The notes below the pieces were generated by a model. It ran no database searches. It worked only from the letters and a program-made list of their open reading frames with translations, and was not told where the DNA came from. A stretch of DNA of 64,000 nucleotides from a virus: positions 1 through 64,000 of the IMG/VR virus record IMGVR_UViG_3300036790_000366; one strand, 5' to 3'. Both the position numbers and the translations under genes were made by a program. Positions 45,270 through 53,451 of the stretch are shown here, piece after piece; positions within the stretch are counted from its first letter, which is position 1; the number at the start of each line of letters is the position of its first letter.

Positions 45270-45679
45270 ACTCCATCGTCAGGCCTGTCCGGGGGAAGGA
45301 TCCTGCACTCCAGCCTCAGCCCCGGGAAGACGACGACAAGGACGCCTTGCTTGCCCTTGGCCGCAGCTTCTTTACGGAGACGGCGGAGGTAGGCGATGTC
45401 AAGACGGAAGGACTTGAGGGCGTCTTTGATCTCGATGACTTCGAAGTCGTTACTTCCGTCGAACTTCTCGTGTCCCGCACCGGAGTTGCTGTGCGCCCGC
45501 GCGCCGTAGAGGGGGAGGATGCGCTTTTCCGTTTTCCGTCCCTCTTCTTGGCGGCTGGGGCGCTTCCAGCCGCTTCTACTCCGTCCACCGTTCCCGCCAG
45601 CATCTCCTTCAGCTTCTCCAGCGGAACGTGCCCACGGAACAGTTCGGGGACCATTCTCTTGCTGTCGTCCGGATGCCAC
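45266..45679 (-). CDS. Hjc-like PD-(D/E)XK nuclease overlapping recA 3' end
   Basis: EGR..E, NSGAG..KFD, IEIK motifs; GTG after GAGAGGGG. Confidence 0.6.
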   Translation of the reverse strand: MASGRQQENGPRTVPWARSAGEAEGDAGGNGGRSRSGWKRPSRQEEGRKTEKRILPLYGARAHSNSGAGHEKFDGSNDFEVIEIKDALKSFRLDIAYLRRLRKEAAAKGKQGVLVVVFPGLRLECRILPPDRPDDGV

Positions 45680-46593
45680 CACTTGCCCCTCTCGTAGCCG
45701 AGAAGACCGTTGTCGAGTGCTTGGTTGGCCAGGTACGACCAGTCGTCGATCTGGCCCTTCTCCAAGTCGTAGACGAAGTTCGTCTCCCGGTGCGGCTTGT
45801 TCAGCTTGGACTTCTTCACGTCCACCCTGATCCGCATGCCGACGACCTTCTTTATCTTCTTCTTGACCGGACGCCCGTCCTCCCCGGTTATCCAGACCTC
45901 CGTGTCCTCCTTCGCCTTGCCCGCGTGGTACAGGCCGATGATGTAGGAGCAGTAGAACTGGAGCGCACGACCGGCGGGAACTGATTCCTGGCTGCCGAAC
46001 ATGATGTTCGGGTTGGTCCGCGTCTGGTTTATCCAGAGGACCCCGGTGTTCTGGCGCATGGAAGCCGTCAGCTTCCGCATGGCCTTGGACATCATGTCGG
46101 CCTGCCGGGCGAGCTGCTTGGCGTCCCCCATGGACTTGCTGTACTCCGCGCTGGGGAGGAGCGCTGCCACGGAGTCCACCACGATCAGGTCCACCCCTCC
46201 GCGGATGAGGGACTCCATCAAGTCGATGGCCTTCTCGCCAGTTTCCATCTTGTGCTTCGGCGGCATGATCAGATTCAGCGTGTCCACGCCGAGGTTCTTG
46301 GCCCACGCGGAGTCGAAGGACTTCTCCGTGTCCAGCAGTGCGGTCAGCTTCCCGTGTCTCTGAGCCGAGGCGATCAGGCACAACCCGATATAACTTTTCA
46401 GCGTGCTGAAGTCACCGTGGATCATCACGTGCCGACCGAGCGGGAAACCTCCCTGCCAGATCTCGTCCATCGGGGCGAGCCCGGTCGGGATCGTCAGGAT
46501 TTTGAAGTCGTCGTCGCTGGCCAACTTCACCGTTCCGGCACCGAGCTGCTGGTTTACCAGGTCCAGAACTTCCTGCGTGCGCGCACTCGTCAC
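45316..46593 (-). CDS. recA: RecA/UvsX-like recombinase
   Basis: IPTG, GGFPLGR, GDFSTLKS, DTEKSFD, VVDSVAAL, INQ.R, GRALQFY. Confidence 0.9.
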   Translation of the reverse strand: MTSARTQEVLDLVNQQLGAGTVKLASDDDFKILTIPTGLAPMDEIWQGGFPLGRHVMIHGDFSTLKSYIGLCLIASAQRHGKLTALLDTEKSFDSAWAKNLGVDTLNLIMPPKHKMETGEKAIDLMESLIRGGVDLIVVDSVAALLPSAEYSKSMGDAKQLARQADMMSKAMRKLTASMRQNTGVLWINQTRTNPNIMFGSQESVPAGRALQFYCSYIIGLYHAGKAKEDTEVWITGEDGRPVKKKIKKVVGMRIRVDVKKSKLNKPHRETNFVYDLEKGQIDDWSYLANQALDNGLLGYERGKWWHPDDSKRMVPELFRGHVPLEKLKEMLAGTVDGVEAAGSAPAAKKRDGKRKSASSPSTARGRTATPVRDTRSSTEVTTSKSSRSKTPSSPSVLTSPTSAVSVKKLRPRASKASLSSSSRG

Positions 46594-46596
46594 TCG

Positions 46597-49335
46597 TCAT
46601 GCCTCCAAGCTCTCCAGCGCCCCGGCTTCCTTGAGCGCCTTCATGGTGCCGATCCAGCCGCCGAGAGGCGTGCCGTCGCGCTTAGTCTTCCCGCGCAAGA
46701 GGTCCAAGTACTGGTTCCGGCCGCTCAGGATGCCCGCAGGCAGGCTCTCGGCCAGCTCCTCGATACTACTCCACCCGCCGTCCGGCCGGGCCGCCAGAAT
46801 GCCCGCAGCGCGGTCCGGGGAGATCCCCTTGATGCTGGCCAGCCCCTTGGTGATCGCCTTGCGGCTCACGGCCATCGTCCAGCGCACACCGGCGGTGTTG
46901 ACGTCCGCGGGGAGGATCCGGATGCCGATGCGCCGGGTCTCCTTCACGTACATCAGCTCCTTATCCACCTTCCCCGTGTTCTTGCCCGCCACACTCTCCA
47001 GAGCGGCCGTCATGAACTCCAGCGGGTGGTGCGTCTTGAGGTAGGCACAGCGGTAGGACCGGACGCCGTAGCCGGTGGCGTGCGCCTGATTGAAGCCGTA
47101 CTTCACATACCCCTCGATGTAGTGCCACGCGCCCTCTACGTCCGAGATTCCGTTCTTCTTGCAGATGCCGCGCCACTGCTGCTTGACCTCCTTCGCCCGT
47201 TGTAGGTTCCGGCCGGTCGCGCCCTTGCCGGAGTCCTTGACGATTTTGAAGAAGACGTTGATACCCGCGTAGTCCAGACCGAGGGCCCGCATGATCTGTA
47301 GTACCTGCTCCTGGAACAGGACGCACCCGTAAGTCGGTTTGAGAGCTTCCTCGAAAGCTCGGTGCGGGTACCGGAGATTCGCCCGTAGCGCCTTGTTCTT
47401 GCGACGTTCGAGGTATAGGTCCGTGACTCCGGAGTCCATGCACGCCGGGCGGAATAGGGACGCCGCAAGTATGCAGTCCAGTGTGCTTCGTATTCCCATA
47501 GCCTGCGCACCTTTCGCCATGGCATAGCCTTCAAACTGGAATACGGCATTGTGGGTCCTCCCTTCCGAGAGGCTGGTGCAGGTCGCCGGATCGTCCAGCG
47601 GTATCCAGGAGAAGTCTGCCTTGTCCTTGCGGCCCATGAGCTCTTGCGCTCGTGCCATGACCCACAGAGTACGCTGCCCGAGGACGTCATCTTTCAGGAA
47701 CCCCACTTTCTCCACGTCGTCCATCGTGTACTGGCTGACGATGGTGTCGCTGGACGGGACCAGCATGGTGGGGACATATTCTTCGAGCCTCAGGTGGGCG
47801 CCCGGCAGAAGAAGTCCCGAGGCGTGCACGCCGTGCGAGCGGAACGGGGTGGACTTCGCCAGCTTCCGCACGCCGTTGTAGTCCTTGGTGCTGATCTTCT
47901 TGATTTCCGCGATGGTGTCGATGCCCTTGCCGAACCGGGCGTTGAACGCGGCCGGTGTGAGCCGACTGCGCATGTACGCGTTGTAGGAGACCAGGATGGA
48001 ACCCTTGCCGTCGTCGCGCTCCCCCAGCATGGAGTAGTTCCCGATGGCGATGGCGCCGTACTTGTGCTTGATGTACTCGACCAGTTCCCCGCGACGGATG
48101 TCCTCGATGTCGATGTCGATGTCCGGCGGCTTCTGCCTGTCGAGAGAAAGGAAACGCTCGAACGTCAGGCCCCACTGAACCGGGTCCACCTGCGTGATGC
48201 CGAGACAGAAGCAGACGAGGGAGGCGTTCGCAGAGCCGCGGGCCTCGATGACGATTTTCTTCCGATTGCAGAACTCGACAAGATCGAGGACGTGCAGGAA
48301 GTAGTCGGCGTACCCGAGCTTGTTGATGATTCCCAGCTCGTAGAGAAGGCGGTCCCGGTACTTCCCTTCCTGGTTCCCGGAGGTATCGATGACCCGGTTC
48401 ATACTCAGGCCGAGAAGACCCTTGTAGACCTTGTCCCGCAAGTCCTGCTTGGGGGTCTTTGACATCTTCGGGACGAAGGGGTTGTAGGAGTCCAGCGCTG
48501 GCATCTCCAGGTCGTGCAGGGACAGCACCAGCTCGTGCCCTTCCTCCGACCTCTCCCACTGCCTCTTGGTGTAGTGGGACTGCACCCACTCCGTGGAGGC
48601 GAAGTGGTAGCTGTCCCCGGGGAACTCCGCCTCGTCCCCCTTCCGGAACACCATCTTCTTCATGGTGTTGTGCGCCGCCTTGTCTGACGGCTTCAGGTAG
48701 TGGCTGTCCTGCGTGGCCACCACGGGCAGCCCTACTTCGTCCGCGATCTGGACGAGGGCTTCCACGATGTCGTCGTCGGTCCAGCCGTCCGGGTGCGGCG
48801 TCTCGTGGTTCTGCACTTCCACGAAGGTGTTCGGGAACCACTGGGCGTACATCTCGGCTACCGCGCGAGCTTGGACAGGGCCTTTTGTAACCAGCGTCTG
48901 CTGAAGGAGTCCAAAATAACAGCCAGTGAGAAGGACCAGAGAGCCCACGGCCCCGCTGTCAGCCAGGGCTGCCAGGTCGGATAGATCATGCCGAGGAAAG
49001 CGATTGAAATGCGGACGGGTGTGAGACAGAGAACTGAAGCTGGCAAGGCTGCGGAAGCCAGACAGATCAGTAGCCAGTAGACCGAAGTGATGACGCGGCG
49101 CCTTGCCGTCGTTGACGTCCTCCACCAGGTATCCCTCAAAACCTGGAAAAACTTGAACACCTTGCTTCTTGCCTTCTGTGTAGAGCTGGACCGTTCCGGA
49201 CATGCTCCCGTGGTCGGTGAGGGCCATGGCTGGCTGCCCCCACCCCTTCGCGTGCGCCACCATGTCCGCGACGGACTGTGTGGAGTCGACACAGGAGAAC
49301 TTCGAGTGCGCGTGCAAGTGGGAGAAGTAAGTCAC
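46597..49335 (-). CDS. dnaE: DNA polymerase III alpha subunit
   Basis: HLHAHS.FS PHP, ALTDHG, TQDSHY, RGSA, FERFLS, PDIDID, HASG, YGFNQAHA. Confidence 0.95.
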   Translation of the reverse strand: MTYFSHLHAHSKFSCVDSTQSVADMVAHAKGWGQPAMALTDHGSMSGTVQLYTEGKKQGVQVFPGFEGYLVEDVNDGKAPRHHFGLLATDLSGFRSLASFSSLSHTRPHFNRFPRHDLSDLAALADSGAVGSLVLLTGCYFGLLQQTLVTKGPVQARAVAEMYAQWFPNTFVEVQNHETPHPDGWTDDDIVEALVQIADEVGLPVVATQDSHYLKPSDKAAHNTMKKMVFRKGDEAEFPGDSYHFASTEWVQSHYTKRQWERSEEGHELVLSLHDLEMPALDSYNPFVPKMSKTPKQDLRDKVYKGLLGLSMNRVIDTSGNQEGKYRDRLLYELGIINKLGYADYFLHVLDLVEFCNRKKIVIEARGSANASLVCFCLGITQVDPVQWGLTFERFLSLDRQKPPDIDIDIEDIRRGELVEYIKHKYGAIAIGNYSMLGERDDGKGSILVSYNAYMRSRLTPAAFNARFGKGIDTIAEIKKISTKDYNGVRKLAKSTPFRSHGVHASGLLLPGAHLRLEEYVPTMLVPSSDTIVSQYTMDDVEKVGFLKDDVLGQRTLWVMARAQELMGRKDKADFSWIPLDDPATCTSLSEGRTHNAVFQFEGYAMAKGAQAMGIRSTLDCILAASLFRPACMDSGVTDLYLERRKNKALRANLRYPHRAFEEALKPTYGCVLFQEQVLQIMRALGLDYAGINVFFKIVKDSGKGATGRNLQRAKEVKQQWRGICKKNGISDVEGAWHYIEGYVKYGFNQAHATGYGVRSYRCAYLKTHHPLEFMTAALESVAGKNTGKVDKELMYVKETRRIGIRILPADVNTAGVRWTMAVSRKAITKGLASIKGISPDRAAGILAARPDGGWSSIEELAESLPAGILSGRNQYLDLLRGKTKRDGTPLGGWIGTMKALKEAGALESLEA

Positions 49336-49412
49336 CGTTCGCCTTCCGGTACGAGAAAGCCCCCTCCGCATCTGTGGAATACGAAGGGGGCGGCTTTCAG
49401 GGACGGGACGGC

Positions 49413-50567
49413 CTACTCCTCGTCGTCGTCCTCTTCTTCCTCGTCATCGTCGTCGGCCTCCACGTACGGGAGCAGCCACGCACGCAGCTTCTCCGCGTTG
49501 TTGAAGGTGGACTTCTTGGGCGTCCCGTCGCACTCCTCCGAGAGCTTCTGGAGCGCTTCCAGGTCCATCTTGGGGAGGTCTTCGGCGGTCACGTAGCCGC
49601 CGTCCTCACCCTCGTCGTCTTCGTCGTCGTCTTCCTCGTCCTGGTCGTCCTCGTCCTCTTCTTCCTCCGAGGCGGCACGGACGAGCGCCTTCAGCTCGTC
49701 ACGGAGAGCGTCCTCCGACTTCCCCTTGATGGGGACGTTGCTCTCCTCCGCGACTTCACGGAGCTGCTTGAGGGTGTAGTCGTCCAGGTCCTCTTCGGTC
49801 AGGACGCCGTCCTCGTCGGACTCGTCTTCATCCTCGTCAGCAGCATCGTCATCGTCGTCGTCATCGGACTCTTCGTCGTCGTCCTCGAAGTCGTCCTCTT
49901 CCTCATCGTCCTCAGCGTCGAATGCCTCGTCGGAAGACTCGTCGTCCTCAGCAGAATCATCAGCCACCTCCTCCCGAAAGTAACCGTTCTTCTCCATCTG
50001 GGCGAGGATCGACTTCTTGACGAGGGTTTCCTCCAGCCGCTCGTCCCCCTCGCATAGCTCCTTGAAGATCTTCCGAAGTTCCGGAAGGGAAGTGTGGCTC
50101 TCCAGCCGCTCCCGGTCGTAGACCTCGCCGATGACGCTCTTGCTCGGCTCGACCATCGCACGGCGGGCCGGTCCGTCCTTGCGGCGCGGTCCGCTCTGCT
50201 TCGGCGCGTCCAGCTCGGAGACGGCCTTTGCGGTGTCCACGGCGAAGTCGAGGACTTCCCCGTACTCCGCCCAGTAGGCGGCGTGCAGCTCGTCCGCGAC
50301 GTGCCGGGCCTTGCGTGCGTCCAGCTCCGCCCGCAGGACGTCATGCGCCTGAATCTTGGAGCGCGAGGACACGGTCTCCCGCACTTCCTGGACGGGCTTG
50401 GCAGCGGGCTTGCGGGCCGGGGCGCTGCGCTTGGCTGCCGGGGGAGCTGCCTTGCGGGCGGGGGCGGCAGCGGCCCTCTTGGCGGCCGGAGCGGGCTTCG
50501 CGGCGGGCCGGGCGGTGCGGGACGAAGTCGCCTTCTTCGCCGGAGCGGTACGGGTACGGGTAGCCAT
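49413..50567 (-). CDS. Bipartite protein: Ala/Lys/Pro-rich N-terminus, very acidic C-terminus
   Basis: PAAK/PAAR repeats; D/E tracts; TLKQLREVA helical module. Confidence 0.8.
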   Translation of the reverse strand: MATRTRTAPAKKATSSRTARPAAKPAPAAKRAAAAPARKAAPPAAKRSAPARKPAAKPVQEVRETVSSRSKIQAHDVLRAELDARKARHVADELHAAYWAEYGEVLDFAVDTAKAVSELDAPKQSGPRRKDGPARRAMVEPSKSVIGEVYDRERLESHTSLPELRKIFKELCEGDERLEETLVKKSILAQMEKNGYFREEVADDSAEDDESSDEAFDAEDDEEEDDFEDDDEESDDDDDDDAADEDEDESDEDGVLTEEDLDDYTLKQLREVAEESNVPIKGKSEDALRDELKALVRAASEEEEDEDDQDEEDDDEDDEGEDGGYVTAEDLPKMDLEALQKLSEECDGTPKKSTFNNAEKLRAWLLPYVEADDDDEEEEDDDEE

Positions 50568-50603
50568 TGTCTCTCGGAATCCTTTTTCTTCAGTGGTATG
50601 GGT

Positions 50604-51437
50604 TTACTTGCGGAGCTTGCGGACCCGGGACGCTTCCGGGTGACGGGACTTCTCGGGCTTGAACTCGTCGTACCCGTCTTCACGGGCCGGGCGCTTCTTC
50701 TTCTTCACCGGAGGACTGGCCGAAGAAGTGCGGGCTGGCTTGCGGCGCGGTCGGTACTCTTCCTCTTCCTCTTCCTCTTCCTCTTCCTCGGGCTCCTCTT
50801 CGTCGTCTTCCTCTTCGTCGTCCTCGTAGTCGTCTTCCTCCTCGGGCTCCTCCCGGGAACGGCGCGTCGGGCGCGACTTGGACTTCGGCTTGGAGGAACG
50901 CGGTTCCTCGTCCTCGGGCTCTTCGCCGCCCGGGTCGAATCCGAGTTCCGAGATGATGGCCGCTTCCACGTCCAGAAGCGTGTACCGGGAGAGGTCGCAC
51001 CTGGTGGGGTCCAGACGATCCGCGCCGTAGGTCGTGTTCTCCTTGGTGGAACCCTCGCGCCAGATCGTGTAGTCCGCGGTCGTGATGGGGCGGTCGATCT
51101 TCCCGGCCACGCTGTCCGCGAGCTGGGAAGTCATCTGGATGATGCGCACCTTGCCGGACTCGCGGTCCAGAACGTTCGTGAGAACACGCTTCGACGGGGA
51201 ATTTCCGCTCTGGCAGCTCTCGCAGCTCTTGCGCCCGTCCGGATCCGAACACCAGACGAACTCGCCCGCGACGTAATGCTGCGCAGCCTCGTACCAGTCC
51301 TTCGGCTCTTGCAGGTACCGAACAGTGAACTGTTCGTCAGCCTTGAGCCGCCAGAGGAAGTCGGCACCCCCGCTGGCGCCCTTCTTGATTGCGGCACGCG
51401 CCTTCTTCGACGTGCCGTACTGCTTCGCTAATGCCAC
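50604..51437 (-). CDS. ssDNA-binding protein (gp32-like, Zn-binding)
   Basis: RLK....VRYL, H, C...C..C, acidic tail; replication context. Confidence 0.65.
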   Translation of the reverse strand: MALAKQYGTSKKARAAIKKGASGGADFLWRLKADEQFTVRYLQEPKDWYEAAQHYVAGEFVWCSDPDGRKSCESCQSGNSPSKRVLTNVLDRESGKVRIIQMTSQLADSVAGKIDRPITTADYTIWREGSTKENTTYGADRLDPTRCDLSRYTLLDVEAAIISELGFDPGGEEPEDEEPRSSKPKSKSRPTRRSREEPEEEDDYEDDEEEDDEEEPEEEEEEEEEEEYRPRRKPARTSSASPPVKKKKRPAREDGYDEFKPEKSRHPEASRVRKLRK

Positions 51438-51475
51438 GGATTCTCTCCTGAGATTTTTGCCGGGCCGGAGTCGCC

Positions 51476-51505
51476 ACACTAGCACGGCTCCGGCTTAGCC
51501 GTCGA
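51476..51505 (-). promoter_or_regulatory. Candidate promoter upstream of SSB-dnaE-recA operon
   Basis: TCGACG-N18-TAGTGT with extended TGn. Confidence 0.4.
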
Positions 51506-51514
51506 TGACGCAGG

Positions 51515-51709
51515 TCAGATGCCGTAGGTGGAGTGACCCTCCCATTCACAGGGGCACCCGGAGGTCTTACCGTTCGTGAAAAGGACGGTCGGATCGATTC
51601 CGCTTCGCCGCACCGTTGCCTCGTACAGCGGATTTGGTGACCTCTGGATTTCGCTCGGGACGACGCTTCCCTGAATCACGTTGTGGCTGTCGCCCGGGGA
51701 ACTGCTCAT
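51515..51709 (-). CDS. Hypothetical protein
   Basis: AAGGAG RBS. Confidence 0.5.
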   Translation of the reverse strand: MSSSPGDSHNVIQGSVVPSEIQRSPNPLYEATVRRSGIDPTVLFTNGKTSGCPCEWEGHSTYGI

Positions 51710-51866
51710 GCAGCTTCTCCTTCGTCTCTTTGTGTGTCGGCGCTCCTGCCGACTTGGTCTCGTAGAACCAGTGGTACAGGCACTGGACCCTGCCGTCGCA
51801 GGCGCAGAAGTGCTCCTGCGGCCCTGCCGCCGTCTGGTAGACGTCCTTGCGGACTCCGCAGATCAT
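51567..51866 (-). CDS. Hypothetical Cys/His protein
   Basis: GGAGG RBS; ATGA overlap. Confidence 0.5.
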   Translation of the reverse strand: MICGVRKDVYQTAAGPQEHFCACDGRVQCLYHWFYETKSAGAPTHKETKEKLHEQFPGRQPQRDSGKRRPERNPEVTKSAVRGNGAAKRNRSDRPFHER

Positions 51867-52192
51867 TTTGCCTTCCTCCTGAGCTTCTTCACGGGAGGCA
51901 CGTGCCCGGGGACCTGCTCTCCGGCAGCCACCGCCCGGTCCCGGGCCTCACGCTGGTCTCTGACGGCCTGCTGCTGCTTGCTGAGCACCGGAGGGCGCTC
52001 GGCACGCTCCAGGGCCGCCACGGCGCTCTCCGGGATTTCCAGCACCAGGACGGGACCGAGCTCCGGATGCACCTGGTAGTGGAACCTGGCCCGCGGTCCG
52101 GCCCCCAGCGTCTCGGCCTGACCCACGAAGTCCTTCAGCGCTTGCAGGTATTCGGAGTACTCGGTCAGGCGCAGGACCACGCGGCGGCTCAC
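51863..52192 (-). CDS. Hypothetical protein
   Basis: GTGA overlap. Confidence 0.7.
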   Translation of the reverse strand: MSRRVVLRLTEYSEYLQALKDFVGQAETLGAGPRARFHYQVHPELGPVLVLEIPESAVAALERAERPPVLSKQQQAVRDQREARDRAVAAGEQVPGHVPPVKKLRRKAK

Positions 52193-52749
52193 TTCGTCCT
52201 CCGCAGCTTCTTCGTCGGCTTCAGTACTTTCTGCGGGGCTGGCTCCTCCGGCTTGGGCCTCGGGCCCGGAGGGAGCTTGCTGCGCCGACTGGCCGCCACC
52301 TCTTCCGTCTCCTTGGCGGTGAGCAGGTTCGGCGGCTGCATGGCCATGGCGTTCTTCGGCGGGTTCTTGGCCACCTCCTCAGCACGTTCGGCGAGAAGCG
52401 CCGCCTTCTTCTCGTCACCGGCCACCGACCACGACGGCGGGAAAGTACCCGGCTTGCGGTCCATCGTCTTCGGGTCGAAGTCCATATGACGGCACATCTT
52501 TCCGTCGATCAGGTAGTAGCCACCGGTGGAGGTGACTCTGGCATCCGGAAACTCCGCGAGGATCGCCTTCTGGATCCGCTCCATGAACTCTTCGTAGAGG
52601 ATGTTCCTGGAGTCGTTCCCCTGGGAGATCGTGTAGGAGTTCTGCACTTCGATCTGCACCGACTTCTGCACCGCCCTACCGGTGTCCGTCGGCTTCTTCT
52701 GCGCCGCCACCTTCGGACGCAGCATCTTCGCCATCTGCTCCTCCTTCAT
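52189..52749 (-). CDS. Hypothetical protein
   Basis: Codon bias. Confidence 0.7.
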   Translation of the reverse strand: MKEEQMAKMLRPKVAAQKKPTDTGRAVQKSVQIEVQNSYTISQGNDSRNILYEEFMERIQKAILAEFPDARVTSTGGYYLIDGKMCRHMDFDPKTMDRKPGTFPPSWSVAGDEKKAALLAERAEEVAKNPPKNAMAMQPPNLLTAKETEEVAASRRSKLPPGPRPKPEEPAPQKVLKPTKKLRRTK

Positions 52750-52816
52750 ACTGCCGGGTTTCCAAGCTCCCCCTCCCCGCGACCATCGGGGAGGGAGGGC
52801 AAGGGAATCCTACAGA

Positions 52817-53008
52817 CTATCCGTAGACGTCCGACATGATGACGATCTCGGGGTCAGGGAGTTCTCGAACGACCAGCGGAGAAAGCTCGTGGAAGCATTC
52901 GCTCTCCGAGACGATGCTCCTGGCCTCCTTCTCGGTTTCAGCCTGGACCACCGCCATGGAGGACAAGCCATAGGCTGGCTCGTCCGTGGTGAAGAGGAAC
53001 ACCTTCAT
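52817..53008 (-). CDS. Hypothetical protein
   Basis: TGATG coupling. Confidence 0.55.
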   Translation of the reverse strand: MKVFLFTTDEPAYGLSSMAVVQAETEKEARSIVSESECFHELSPLVVRELPDPEIVIMSDVYG

Positions 53009-53451
53009 CACAGGGAATCCGCGCTCGGGTTGACCCACTTGACGGACGGGGTGGACGGCTCGATCCGGACCATGAACTTCTCCACGTCCTTCACGTCGAT
53101 GTCCCCGAGCGCCAGCAGGGCGTGCAGCTTGTCCGGGTCGAGCTCCTGCGTGCTCGCCTTCTTCCAGAGGTTCTTCTCCTTCAGGTACTCGATGAGCGGG
53201 GCCACGTCCCACTTCTGGCCCGCGTCGCCCTGCGACACCTTCGCCCCGAGCTCCTTGCCGTCGAGCTGGAAGCGGATCGTCTTGCCGTTCACCCCGATCA
53301 GCTCGGAGAGTTCGGGCACGAGTTCCGCCGAGTACTCCTTCCGGACGTCCTCCGCATCCTTCGCCTGCACCGAGAGCCGCTTGAGCATGGCCAAGTGCTC
53401 CCGGGCGTCGTCCAGGGCGCGCTTCTCCGCCAGCTCCTCGTTGATGGACAT
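53008..53451 (-). CDS. Hypothetical protein
   Basis: Strong codon bias. Confidence 0.75.
   Translation of the reverse strand: MSINEELAEKRALDDAREHLAMLKRLSVQAKDAEDVRKEYSAELVPELSELIGVNGKTIRFQLDGKELGAKVSQGDAGQKWDVAPLIEYLKEKNLWKKASTQELDPDKLHALLALGDIDVKDVEKFMVRIEPSTPSVKWVNPSADSL

Noticed and set aside
46597-49335. Inteins or introns in dnaE (also checked terminase, recA, helicase)
   Set aside because: Motif spacing and lengths are normal; no intein C/S...HN blocks or homing endonuclease seen.
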